Positions 1 through 13,039 of a stretch of DNA of 64,000 nucleotides are shown here, one piece after another; the stretch's first letter is position 1, and every line of letters starts with the position of its first letter. The notes beneath the pieces are model-generated. The model ran no database searches and was not told the origin of the DNA. It worked only from the letters and a program-made list of their open reading frames with translations. Source of the DNA: Amoebidium appalachense (taxonomy: Eukaryota > Protista > Ichthyosporea); the NCBI GenBank assembly GCA_963693365.1, contig CAVNZM010000002.1, positions 13,859,615 through 13,923,614 of the forward strand. Reading direction: 5' to 3'. The translations under genes and the position numbers were made by a program.

Positions 1-63
1 GAGTGTTGCACGGAGCTGGCTCAGAAGCAAGGGAGATGACGTGGAACGGCTGTGTGTGTGTGT

Positions 64-96
<33 letters not shown>

Positions 97-475
97 TCAA
101 AGTGCATGAAAAACGCATTTGATTTGTACAAAGGGATATGGGACCGTAGGATGCACGTAAACCTTTTGCTAGCATTTTGATGTTGAAACAATGGTGCCAA
201 ACTACACAAAAAGACATGAGGATGCCCACTTACACAAACGGGCACTTGTGACATGTGTGATGATGGCACACATGCTTACAAACAGACCCACGCTGGGAAA
301 CTCGTACATATTTTTGCTGAGCTGTATATTCTTGGCACCAATCCGAATGCCTTTTATTATACCATGTCAGTATTACTGACGGGCGTTAGTATACCATGTG
401 CAAGCAAACATGTTGCGTGTGATTGAACACAAGCCCCGGATATAAAGCAGTCGAAGTATTCTCTGTTCCTTTTTT

Positions 476-506
<31 letters not shown>

Positions 507-1192
507 GGGGATGAGTTTCTACCCTTTCACATGAATGCACTGATTCCCCTTTTTTTTTCTCTTCCCATACGGGAAACATATGTTGCAAATATGATCTAAT
601 TTTATCTTCTGTATGACCACCACGCAACAGCTTCCCGGTCCTAGTACTGATATCGAACTGAACCCTTTAAAGCTATCCCTGTGTGCCTAAATCCTCGAAT
701 GAAAGCCCATAATTTAAGCCTAGAAAATGGCCCCCTCTCTTGATTCTCCGGCGTAATTTGGCATGCATTTCAGGCCTCCCCCCCCCCCCCCCCCCCCCCC
801 CCCCTCCCCTCCCCCCTCCCCCCCATAACCTCCCTTTCAACCAAACAGGCACCTTCTGTCTTTCTTTGTATCCTTTAATCTCCCTCTATGCTGGTGCCCC
901 CCTTCCTCAACCTCACCCCCCCCTCCCCCCCCCCTCCCCCCCTCCCCCTCCCTCCCCTCACTTCCCCCCCGCACCCACCCACCCTCTCCACCCTCCGCGT
1001 ACCCGTTCTTCACTCCCTCAAGACACACAAATGTCCTCATTTTCCTTTCTCTCGCATAAATGTATCCAAGGCTCTCTCGTCTCTTTATGTCGGTCTATTC
1101 CCCCCCTTCCCCCCCCCCCCTCCTTTTTTCGCTCCCCTCCGCCCTCTCACTCTCAATTCCTCTACCTTTCTGTTCCCAACCCCCCCCCCCCC

Positions 1193-1225
<33 letters not shown>

Positions 1226-1404
1226 TCGTTACAACCCCACGTGCAGTCCAGTCATTTTCAAGTTCTTCCCAAGGATTGGGCCCGGTTCTGTTATCGGATT
1301 CAATAAACGATATCTGTTGTATTAACTCCCCACCCCTTCAAAAAAAAATGAAAGAATATGAAAGAAAAAGGGGAACTTAAACAGAGAAAGAAAAGTAACG
1401 AAAG

Positions 1405-1467
<63 letters not shown>

Positions 1468-1710
1468 AAAAAAAGGAGGATTCTATAAGGAGCGAAGTGG
1501 GGGTCTATGAGTCTGCTGGATTGAACGATGACCTAGGGCTGCCCTCGTGTATTTCTGCCTTCGCTTATGCATACGTGTTAATTTGTTGGGTGGCCCGGTG
1601 GGCCCTGAATTCAGGGGGGGGGGGGGGGGGGGGGGGGGGAGGGGGGAGAAGTGATGATAACTGAAAACCACCTCAGTGCTTGAGTTCAGGGTGACACCAT
1701 TCACCCGATG

Positions 1711-1746
<36 letters not shown>

Positions 1747-2145
1747 ATCAGCGTATTACCTAGTGTTGTCTTCCTTTTTTTCTTTTTCTGCAGCTGGCAT
1801 ACTGGAAGTAGAAGGAGGCCCTTGAATGTCACAGACTCGATGCCACACAATTTCTGGACTCACGCGGAATATTAATCATCTTGAAAGTTTTAAAGTCGAT
1901 CTGCGTGGTTGAGGTACTCAAACTAAGAAGAAGAAAAAGGGTTGATAAAACTAATAAATAGGCAGTAATAATGGTGCTGGGTGGAAGAGGTAGTTCCCCC
2001 TGAGGGCCCCTAGGGGTACCTCCGGGAAAAAAACGGGATAAAATAAAAATAAAAGGCAGTAATAATGGCGGTGGTGGTGGCCACGGTGTGTGCGCGCGCG
2101 CGCTGTGTGTGTGTGTGTGTGTGTGTTGGTGGTGGTGGTGGTGGT

Positions 2146-2178
<33 letters not shown>

Positions 2179-2327
2179 CTCAGGTTCTCGTTGTCTCCGG
2201 CTAAATAACATGCATCCATCCTGTGTCTGTGGTGGCTTTGGATTCTATATCACTGATTATATGAACAAGAGGTAGACATCTAATTGAATACCAGGACACA
2301 GTCATGGTACTGAATGGGTTAAAGAAC

Positions 2328-2455
2328 TCAGCAGAATATCGTTTCAGCAGAATATCATATCAGCAGAATATCATATCAGCAGAATATCATTTCAGCAGAA
2401 TATCGTTTCAGCAGAATATCATATCAGCAGAATATCATATCAGGAGAATATCATT
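2328..2455 (+). repeat. 16-bp minisatellite (TCAGCAGAATATCnnn) x8
   Basis: Eight consecutive units. The trailing triplets run gtt,ata,ata,att twice, i.e. a duplicated 64-bp higher-order unit. Confidence 0.95.
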
Positions 2456-3011
2456 TGCATTCGACAAAAGCCCTTCACCTGAGCATTTAACCCACTCCCA
2501 AAAAAGGGCTGTCAAAGTTCTTGATTGCAAAAAATAAAAACAATATTTGAGCAAGATACTGGAAGCAGGGAAAAACACCCACGAACCACGAAAACCTAAA
2601 CCTGTTAACAGATGACATAGATGCTTCGAACTCATTGTGGCAGTAAATGAATCAATATGACCTCTATGGAGCAAATTCAAACCGTGAAAACACGCAAATT
2701 CCTACTGCAGTACATGCAAGGTCTCTCTAAAAAGACTTACCCATGTAATATGGTTTACCCCACCTCAGTAATCTACTAAAGGAACTCGACTTCCCCCTCC
2801 CCCCCCTCCCCCCCCTCCCTCCCTCCCCTTTTCCCCTCCCTCCCAGTCCTAATCATTTTCTCAACTGAACCGGGTTCTAAAACAAACAAACAAACAAACA
2901 AAAGAATGGCAACCATAAGTAAACTACTAAGTTAGTGGTGCCGATCTTGACGTGGCCTGGCCGAAAAAAAACACCAAGAATTTTCAAAAGAACCCCCCTA
3001 TCAGTGAAAGT

Positions 3012-4391
3012 TCATATCATGCGCATGGAGCGGCTCCCCGGGCACATTTCCATGTCATCCACACTGCCCATCTTCCCTCTTATGGTCACATCGAAAATTT
3101 CATCATCCGAATCGCTTAGATCCCCCTCTTCGAGCCCCCTAGACCCGGAGATTTCCAAACTATCACATCGGCGCAACGTCATTCCCCGTGCTTTCATTTG
3201 GGGAGAATTTGCGCACGGAGTTGAGTTTCCGTAAGACCCCCCCTTCTCGCCAGCAGCGTCTAAATTCACGCCTGCCCCGTCTGCAGTGGCTCCCGTATAG
3301 AGCCCCTCCCCATGGCTTGCAGGGGGGGCTTTATCGTTCGTCTCTACCGAATTTCCGCAGGTCTTCTCCAGCGTCTGTCTCCTCAGATCCTGCAAAATCA
3401 TACGCGTGGCTGCGGCCGAGGCGCGGCGACAATTAGAATTTCCGGTGGGGTTTACCTGCCTGGCGCTGCTTCGGTTGCGATGTGGGAAATTTCCCCGTAG
3501 ATGGGGCTCTGCGGTTTGCTGAGAGGGGGGTTGATACTTTTTCGGCTGAGTCGGCGTGCACGGAGGCTGCCTTCGCTGTCGCTCCCCATTTTCAGTATAA
3601 TTTTCTGTTTCTGCGTCGTAGAACCCCCCTCTTCCTCGTTGTCGTGGCTTGGAGTGGTGGGGGATTCTTCGCTTGTATTTGTGCTGTACGGGTTTACGTA
3701 GCTCCCTAGACTCGCCAGGGGGTCCTGAAAATCTTCGTGGTCTTCACTATAATCCCACTCCATGAAATTTTGCACCGGGGCTGATGCTGGGGTAGCCGCC
3801 AGGTTGGGTGAGCTCAGGGGGGATGGGTTTGTAGTCTTAAAAGTGAAAACAGACACGTCGTGAGGGGGTACCAATGTGTTGCTCCTGAAAATTCGCGCAT
3901 TTTGGGTTGTGGACCCTGGATTTCTAGGTGGGGGGAATGAAGGCGACCTTAGACCGCCCCCAAACTGTGTGGGGGTGCTCATTCCTGCAAGTACCATAGG
4001 CGACGGGAGGGGCCCAACCGGTTGGAACCCCCCTGGAGTGCGGATTTGCTGGCTGAGTTGGGGGGGCCTTTGGGGAGCAGTGCGGAAAGTGGACGCCTCC
4101 GTGTGCGAGTTCGTGTTCTTTCCCGAACTCTTGCCGTTTCCGGTATTTTGCTTTCCGCTTTCCGGGTCGTTTTTCTTCGTTTCAGCTGCCTGCAGGAGCT
4201 TGTGTTGGGATTTTGCCATTGGGTTTGCCATAATCTTGAGGCGCACAATGGACTTGTTGTGGTACGAGGTGCCTGTAATGAAGCGTGCAAGCGGCAGTTC
4301 AAACTTCATGGTCTGTGGCCACCCAGGAACCATGTGATCAGTTTCGCGTCAGCCAGCATGCCTTATTGTGATACTCTTGGGGTGGTGGTAT

Positions 4392-4424
<33 letters not shown>

Positions 4425-4648
4425 AGAGAGGGGGGATGGGTGGAGGCGGAAAGGGCAATGAATGTGAGTACATAGTAGCCTATGAAGCATAGGAAGATGT
4501 TGATAGACACACAGCAGTATCCTCCCTCTTCCCCCCTCTCCCCCCCCCACACTCACACATACCCCCCCCCCCCACCCCCTCTCCCCGCCCCTTACTTTTC
4601 TAAAGCTCCGAACGAGATACTTTTTGTTCCCTCTCCCAATGCCTTTCC

Positions 4649-4701
<53 letters not shown>

Positions 4702-4900
4702 CCCCCTTATTTACCCACCATACCTCCGCCCAGAACACACAAGCATGCACGGACACCCAAACACACCCAGACACACACACACACGCACCTACACACACAA
4801 TCACGCACAGATACACATAAACACATTATAAACCGGTACACACATAAGACACAAACACATGCGCACAGACACACACGTACACACACACGCGTGCGTGAGT

Positions 4901-4998
<98 letters not shown>

Positions 4999-5483
4999 GC
5001 ACGCACGCACACACATTCTTCCCCCCATACCCCATCCCCGCCCCCCTTCCCCCCCTTCTCCCCCCTTCTTTTCGCCAGTCAACTTACGTCTTTCGGCTGT
5101 GAGTAAAGGTTTGTGCTGGGATCACCGGAGACGGGGGCAATGTAGATGACGGGGGTGTACATGCGGAAGGATTTGAGGTACACGTGCTCGTTGTTGGCCT
5201 GGTGATTGGTCAGCCGCACCTGTGGAATGCAATGGAATGCAAATGGAATGTACAGGAAAGTTGTATTAGTGCACGTACAGTATAGTATTCTACGCACGTG
5301 GGGTACGGTGGGCATGGATGCAACCATCTGTCCATGTCCCTATCTCCTATACATCTTCTTTCCCCCCTCCCCCCTCCCCCCTCCCGTCCTCCCCCCCCCC
5401 CCCCCCACCGACACACCTTATCTGTAACGAGTTTAAGTAAGAAAAAAGAGTGCTTTTACACGTGTCCCAGTGTGTGCCGGTGG

Positions 5484-5521
<38 letters not shown>

Positions 5522-8500
5522 GGGCAGGGAGGGAGGGGGGGATCCAAATCTAAGGAGCCAAATTCTCACCCGGTTGAAGTTAACTGTGCTGCCCATCCAT
5601 GCCGACCCTGGGCTGGGGCTTGATGGGTGGTTGTAGATGTCCCCGGGGTTGCTGGTGGACGGTTTGTGTGCACGATGCTTCAACTTACGTGACCCTATAG
5701 AACCCCCCACCAGCCAAACTCGTAAATTTACAGGAAAATTTGATTCCTCGATACTCCCCTCCCCACTCCCCCCCCCTCCCCCAACATACACACACCGTTT
5801 TAAGACAATTTTTTTCTGGCCATGAGGAATGTGAGGGTCGTTCAAGGGAGGCAAACTAACCTGCCGACAGAGAGTGTGTGTATGTAGGACTGGGTGTGCC
5901 CCCGAGGAGGGCGGGGGGAGGGGGGGGGGGGGGGGGGATCGACAGTGAGGACAGAAGTGGATGACCGCAGTGGCAGATGCACACGCCTGGTAGGTGAAGC
6001 TGTGTGTGTGGGGGTGGAATGGTGTGGAAGGTGCGGAAAGGTATGCGTGGGAAGACGACGGGCAGGGGGGACGGGGGAAGGGGGGAAGGAGGGGGGGGGG
6101 GGGAGGAGGGAGAGGGGGGAGGGGGGAGGGGGGGGAGGTTGGTTCCTACCGGGCTGTTTCTGGATCTTAACCCAGCTCCTGTCCTCTGTGTATCGCCACA
6201 TCTCATCCTCCCCATCCTCGCAGTAGAAGTGCACCCACACCATGTAGAGCTCTTCGGGCTTAAGCCCTTTGACACTCAGCTGGAAATGGGGGAGGAGGGG
6301 GGGGAAGGGGGGAGGCGTGGCAGGTGTGAGGGAGAGGGGTGGGGGAGGGGGGGAGGAGGGGGGAGAGGAGGGAGAGTGAGGGAGGGAGGGGGGTGAGAGG
6401 GAAGGAGAACGAGAGAGGGCCGTTGGGGAGGGGGGGGGCGGGCGAGAGAGGGGGTCGGGGAGGGGGGGGGGGGATAAGGTTGGATTTGGGTTTGTGAGGG
6501 GGGAGGGGAACGCATGCCATTAGCGTTGGGGCATAGGGAGAGTGGGTGTGCAGAAAGAGGAGGGCAAGGGTGGAGAGGGCAGGGGTGAGAGGGAGTGGGG
6601 TTTGGTCGTATGCGGATGTTGTAAATGTGTGCTTGGAAGGGAAATGGGGGAAATCGGCGGAAGGGAGTTATTAGTGGGTTGTTCATACATGAGTATGGTA
6701 TTTGGTCAAGGTGGGGCTCAGGGGTTGAAATGCCTACAATTGCATTGGGGTGATTGAAGATTAGAGAAAGTATTATGGGAAATATTGCCAAAGGGAGAGC
6801 CTCCGGGAAGGGGGTGGGGGCGGGGGGGGGGGGGGGGGGGAGGGGGGGGGAGAAGGAGAAAGAGAGAGAAAACAAGACAAGCTGAAATGTGGGTGGAAGT
6901 ATTGGGGGAAGGGGGGGGCGGGAGGGGAGAAGGAAGTACCTTGATGGTAGGGAACATCTGCCGGCCCCTTCCTGACGTCACCATCTCGTTTGTGTGCACA
7001 AAAAACTGCGCCCAAAGGTCTGCATTGAGTAGACTGATGCTTACGCCAGGGTGTCCGTTGCTGTCTGTGACTTCATACACCCCTCTGCCAATAGATTGTT
7101 AGACTTTATATTTTTGACATATGCATTTAGAGGACCGACGTCTTTACTCTTCAAATCCTGGAACGTTTATTCGTTCACTCCCCCCCCCACCCCCCTCCTC
7201 CTCCCCCCCGCCATCCTCCCACAAAACCCCCCCCCCCCCCCCCCCCCTCCCTCCTCCCCTAGCCCCTCGGGCCCTGTTCTAATCCACAAGCACACACGTT
7301 CAAAGTGCCCCTTTCTCATCCCTCCGCCCCCCTCCGGCGGCCTTCGATCTTCCATTTTACCTATATTAGAGAAGCAATGAGAGTGTGGCATTGGCAAGAG
7401 AATGGCGGCACATCACTGAATGTTTGCAACCTTGCAGCATGCATGTGTGGTGGGCCGTATATTTGGTGGAGGGTGAGGTGATATTTGCCCTCAATGCGGC
7501 GGGGAGGGGGGGGGGGGGGGAGGGAGGAAGGGGGGGCGGGGGAGGGTGGGGGGGAGAATGAAGAGGAGACAAGGGGGGGGAGGGGGGGGGGGGGGGAGGG
7601 GGGGGGGGAGGGGGAGGGGGGAAGGGGGGGGGGAGGGTGAAGAGGAGACAGGCAGGAGCAGGAGAGGGTTGAGGGAGGGGGGCTCGTGCACACACGGGGC
7701 TAGGCCGGTAGGTGGGTGGGTTGGGGGGGAGGGGGGGGGGGAGGGGGTGGAGGAATGGGAATTGGGGGGGGGGGGGGGGGAAGGGGGGGGGAGGGGGGGG
7801 GGGGAGAAGGGAGGGAGGAAGGGGAGGGGGGGGGGAGTATACTGACCCAGGCAGAAGGCTTTGCACATCCTTTTGTGTTGGGCCACTTTGCACGGTCTCA
7901 AATGGAATCTCATCCATGGAGCCAGCCGGGCTACCGCTGAGAGAACCACCAATAGAGTTTCCGTATGAGGATACATCGTCCCAGAACCCTCCACTGTGTG
8001 TGCGCATGACTGGGCTGTTTTTTTTTTTGTTTTTTTTTTTTGTTTGGTGGGGGGAGGGGGAGGGGGGGGGGGGGGGGGGAGAGGGAGAGGGGAAGGGGGG
8101 GAGGCAGGGGTACTTGGTTCTGGGTCGAGGGGAGAAGGCAGGAAGAGGGGGGAGGGGGAGGAGGGGGAGGGGAGGAGAGGAGAGAGGGGGCGGGGGAAGG
8201 GGGGAGAGGGAGGGAAAGGCGGTGGTTTGGAGAGGTTAGAAATGATGCTAGACAGTATGAAGCAAATAACCGAGATGTATTGGTAGTATCGCGCTGGGGA
8301 AGGGGGGAGGGGGCGGGAGGGCATGGGAAAAGCGGGGGGAAGGGGGGCAGGGGGGGGGGGGGGGGTTGGGGAGGACCAGGTGGGGGGGCACGTCGAAGAC
8401 AGATAAGGTAGAAGCAAGGAGAAGCTACGGACACACGTGTGGTGCAGGGGAAGAGTTGAAATTAGAAGGTAGGAGGAGGGGAGGGGGAATGGGGCGAGGA

Positions 8501-9635
8501 GGGGGGATGTGAGGGTTGGAATGCTTGATTGGTAAGCTTGGAAGAGCGTGAAAAGTGGGGAATGTGGGCTGATTTAAAAGAGGGCACCACATGAATCTAT
8601 AGACCCACCTTTTGATGCTCAGTTGGCTCATGTTGGGTAGGGACTGGGGAATGGGCAGGTTTGCTTGCGCAAAAGACGACGGCGTCAACGCGTTGAGATT
8701 AGGCCCCACGTGCATGGATGTGATTGGCCGTGGAACCATCGCAATCGGTGTAGATCCACCAATAGATTGCGAGGATGCATACCCCATGGGAATGCCCCCT
8801 TGACCTGAGATGCTCGACATGGCAAAGACATTCTGCGGCGCGACGGATGGATTCATTCGGAAAGTCTGAAAATTGGGCGCGAACATCATGTTACCCTCCA
8901 GGTTTGACTGCGCCATAGGCTGGGTGAACGTATGGGGTGCTGCCAGGGAGGGGCTCATTAGTGAATTTCGGGGAATTTTCGCTGGGGAGGATGGGGCGGA
9001 GCACGCGTGAAAATGAATTTGCGAAGGGAGGGGCAATCCTTGGGGGTTTTCGAGCAAATCTTGAAGCTGTTGGGCTGCGGTCATGGCAGCGGCTGCCGTG
9101 TTGAAATCCTGCCGGGTGCTGCAAATTTGCTCTTGGACCCCTCCAGACATATTGCTGTCTTCTGACTGGTCGGTTGTCATGCGTGATCCCTCTGCATCTT
9201 CGTCTGGCATGGTGTTGCTGCAAAGGTATTCTGTTGGGTGGGATATGCGCCTGTTAGTCTCATGTAAACCCCCCCCCCCCCCCCCCCCCTCCCCCCTCTT
9301 CCTCGGGGGCTGCCCAGGCTACACATTGACCCGCAGGTCCATTTATTAGCTTACGGCACAGCCATGCATGCATAATCCGCTATTCTAACACCACCATTAA
9401 ACATCACAGTAACGTCTGCAGCTTAGTGTCTCCCCCCCCCCCCCCTCCCCCCCCCCCCCCCTTGTGTCGCACACACACAAACACACGCAGACACATAGAC
9501 ACACAAACACACATGCACAGCGAACGCACGCACACAAACACATGCACACATACCACCAGACAACATCACACCGTCTAAAGTACACGGTAGGAGTCTGGAA
9601 GGGTAAAGGGTGGGTTTGGGTTTTTTTTTTTTTTT

Positions 9636-9666
<31 letters not shown>

Positions 9667-10878
9667 GAGGGGGGGGGAGGGGGGGGGGGAGGGGGGGCTT
9701 ACGGTTGACGATTTGCTCAAGGTCGTCAACATCCATTTTGTTGTTCATTCCGCCATCCTGCAGGTATCAACCAAGTAAATATGGTCAGGTACGAAGAATT
9801 TCTTCTTTTCATTCTCTTCAGGCGCTCCCTTCCCCCCCCCCTCCCCCCCCCTTCCCCCCTTCCATTCTGCTAGGGTTACCTTCCTTTCACCGGGTCCTAG
9901 ACCCAAACACAGCAACAGCCTTAAACCGGCAGTAATGAGATTGCACTTGACATAGCATGATATGTATGGAGAAAAGGAGAAGAAACTGAAGCACACACAT
10001 ACAGACACGGCAGCATTTGCACTTACCCACAAACTCACACCCATCCACCCATCGACAAACCCACCCACACACACTCATAGACACACTCATACACACAGGA
10101 AGGAAAAGAAGGCCTTGTCACTATCACGATACAAATTACAAAGAAAGGAAAAGAAGGACTTGTCACCATCACGATACAAATTACAAAGAAAGTGTTCACA
10201 CGGTATTAGAGTGCATTTTTTTTGTGTCTCTGCTCGCAAACAGAGCTCAGGTTTGGGCACATGGGATTGCATTTCTTTTTTGTATATGCACTTTCTTTTT
10301 GTGGAAAGGGGATGGTGTGGGAGAGAGGGGGAGATGCGGAGGGGAGGGGTGTGGAAAGCCAAGAACCTTTTTTGAAGGGGGGGGGGGGGGTTTAAGGGTT
10401 TTTAGTGCAAAGATGTTTATACCTGATCTATGTTTGTGCCCCACTCGCACGAATCCAAAAGGTTGGTTAGATCGTCACCCGGATCCAGACCTTGTCTGAT
10501 TTGAGGCAGAATGCTGGGGTCTACACGGTGTGCTAGCTGCACACTGTCCTGTGGGCGATATTTTGTACTATAAGTGTGCAAGTACAGTACACAGAAACGG
10601 TGGGGAATTTCTTTCAAAAGGTTATTTCGTATCCGATTGAAATACTTATGGGTCATTTATCCCCCCCCCCCTCCCCCTCCTCCTTCCTCCTCTTCTAACT
10701 ATATTGTTGTGATTCAACATATGTCACGGCAGTCACTCTTGGGGCCTGGAATACTCGTATGTACCAATTCAACGAGTGATCAGATACCGTGGAAACATGG
10801 ATTTCGTCGTTCGTCATTAGCCTTGCTTACTGTGTGGCAGTATCGCAGGGCTCGGTTGTGTGTGTGTGTGTAGGGGAG

Positions 10879-10945
<67 letters not shown>

Positions 10946-10998
10946 AGTGTTACAAGTGTGTGCGTTTGTATGTGGGTGGGGTGAAGAGGAGCGGGGGG

Positions 10999-11036
<38 letters not shown>

Positions 11037-11555
11037 GGGGGGGGGGGGATCACCTGTGTTTGTGCATGCCTGCTCGTTTGTACCAGTTGGTGCATACTTC
11101 TTCCAAATATGCCATAATGTAGAGTGCAGGTGCAATGTATATATAACGCCATAATATATATATGTGCAGGTCACTAATAGTATATTGGGCACGCAAATGT
11201 GTGTGTTGTTTGTTTGTTTTTTTGTTTGTCACAGAGTGTGTGCGTGCATGAGCGTGAGCGTGAGCGTGTGTGCGTGTGTGTGCGCGCGCGAGAGTGCGTA
11301 TGTGTGCGTGCGTGCATGCATGCCTGCTTGCACGTGTGTGTGCCTGTGTGCGTGGGTGCATGTTGGTGTGTGCGGGTGCGTGCATGGCCTTATAAATCAC
11401 CAGCTGCACCAACGTACTTTAAGCAGTTGTTTTACGTCATCATCCTTCAGTTCCCGGACGGAAGCTTGTTGTGATGACGTCATATTGGTGTCCTCCCCAA
11501 GCAACAGTCGGATCTCCTTATCGAACAGCTGGTCCCCCGCGTCTGAAGGCATCAT
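3012..11555 (-). CDS. T-box domain transcription factor, multi-exon gene
   Basis: Phase-consistent GT-AG exons: 11555-11418, 10548-10423, 9757-9703, 9415-9355, 9250-8609, 8014-7847, 7084-6940, 6279-6150, 5694-5570, 5219-5088, 4312-3456; last exon ~3389-3012 with an uncertain join. T-box motifs: [90 protein letters not shown]. Confidence 0.9.
3456..4312 (-). CDS. T-box gene exon: domain C-terminus plus S/P/T-rich tail
   Basis: ccacag|ACCATGAAG acceptor. [34 protein letters not shown] aligns to the T-box FxFPETxFIAVTAYQNxxITxLKIxxNPFAK pattern. Donor AG|gtaaac. Confidence 0.85.
5088..5219 (-). CDS. T-box gene exon (VRLTNH...)
   Basis: ccacag| ... |gtaagt, 132 nt, phase 0/0; matches KLTN..I.L.SMHKY.P. 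Confidence 0.85.
5570..5694 (-). CDS. T-box gene exon (YNHPSSP..G..WM)
   Basis: ctatag| ... |gtgaga; matches Y.HPDSP..G..WM...VSF. Confidence 0.85.
6150..6279 (-). CDS. T-box gene exon ([12 protein letters not shown]...)
   Basis: ttccag| ... |gtagg; matches V.GLDP...Y...DF.......W.Y....W. Confidence 0.85.
6940..7084 (-). CDS. T-box gene exon: domain N-terminus
   Basis: ctaac branch point and ggcag| acceptor; [31 protein letters not shown]; |gtact donor. Confidence 0.9.
8609..9250 (-). CDS. T-box gene exon: low-complexity M/Q/S/P-rich N-terminal region
   Basis: ctaacag| acceptor, AG|gtgggt donor, 642 nt open, phases match both neighbouring exons. Confidence 0.75.
10101..10192 (+). repeat. 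45-bp tandem duplication in intron
   Basis: aggaaaagaagg(c/a)cttgtcac(t/c)atcacgatacaaattacaaagaa twice. Confidence 0.85.
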
Positions 11556-13039
11556 CTTCACGAAGCTTTATTTCTGTTCAGGAAAAATTGTTAGAGAAAA
11601 TGACATTGCCAAACTCTCGGGCTGAAGTTAGCTCTAATCTTAAGTCTTAGGGTTATCATGATTAGTATGTCCGCCTGAATCACAGGACTGAGCACTGCGG
11701 CTGCTAATAATCATAAGAAATCATGTTACAGATTTTTAATGGCTTTAACTTTGAAAACCAAGAGGCCCAACGTAAGGTATAGTGGTCTGGCAGTGGAAGG
11801 AAATTTAATGGGGGAAATTTGAAGGTGTCTTTAACTTGAGCCAGACAGTTGCCACACCTCATAAATCATTGAACCCCTGACTGGTAAAGGGTCTCCTGAC
11901 AGTGTCATAAATTCTCCGTGTGTGCCTCTTAAATATCTGCTGGATTGAAGAAGAAAGAAGCAACATTTCCGTTTGTTGGCCGTGCAAACTGTGGTGGCCC
12001 CCCCTCCCCCCTCAACCCACTTCATCAACCCCCCCCCCCCCCCTCCCCCTCCCACAGCATAGAAAGCAAACCTCTTTCAAAGCTACTGTATTCAGGCTTT
12101 TTCATCAGACATGCAGTGCAAGCGATTCGCAAGCAATTTGTAGGGTTTTGTGCGTCTGCCATATTACAGCAGCAATCATCCACCCAACAGTCCCCACACG
12201 GGTGTCCACCCGGCCCAACGATTGGCAAAAGCATGCACCACCGGTCCCATTCCAGCGTTCAGTGGTGGCCCTACCATAGTTTCAATTTCAATGCTGAGTC
12301 AACTTTCATCGTTTTTTATTTAGAGTTCATTTGGTTATGAGGTGGTCATATGGTCCTATATCCCCATAACAATTTATGTACCCACAGGGAAGATTGTATA
12401 TATATTTCCAATTGAACACCAAGACACCTTGAACTCCCTTGCACCTGTGACGCCTTCCCCAGTCCATAATAGAATTATATAATAATGGTCATACACGAAC
12501 ACAGAGGGGTTGAAAATCCATATTCTCAATAAGAAACGTACCTCAAAAATCGGCAGAATCTGTATGACTTGGAGCTTGAAAACCTAGGTGGTTGTTCACA
12601 AGCCAGCACGATGTCAACTCGTAGTTTTTTGCCAAGTGGCAAACTGCAATGCTCTGGTGCCGAGGTAAATAGCCTGCACTATACGTATACTATAGGGGAA
12701 AAAAAAAAAAATGAAAATAACGTTTAAATATGCACGTGTCGGCTTAACGTGTATGTTCCTCTCGCAAGGTGAACAGGCTCTTGCACACAAGGAAACAACA
12801 CACGAAGCCCCACATCCAAGCTCCAGGTATATCCTATGATATGCCCCAAGGTCAACAGAGATCACATTCACACAATACACACACACACCCAAATAATATG
12901 TGTGTGGTCGTCCGCGAGGGAACTATACTAACACATGAAAAGTGTTTCTGTAGGATATAACTCACAAATGCGGGGGAGAGTCAGTACACCGTCTTTCCGA
13001 ATCGAAGACTCTGAGCCAACAACCGAAAAATGGAACAGA

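Noticed and set aside
2328-2455. CRISPR-like array (also considered 15834-15990, 17782-17931, 62659-63230)
   Set aside because: No unique spacers, no cas genes, eukaryotic context; these are plain tandem repeats.
7027-7160. 25-nt micro-intron (gtaagc...atgcag) or extended exon before the T-box
   Set aside because: Splicing it breaks the T-box frame and removes the conserved VxL..LW segment.
3456-11555. Genome-wide TAA/TAG=Gln genetic code
   Set aside because: The Gln-rich T-box exons and the long transposon ORFs use no internal TAR; the stops are confined to a gene that also has frameshifts.
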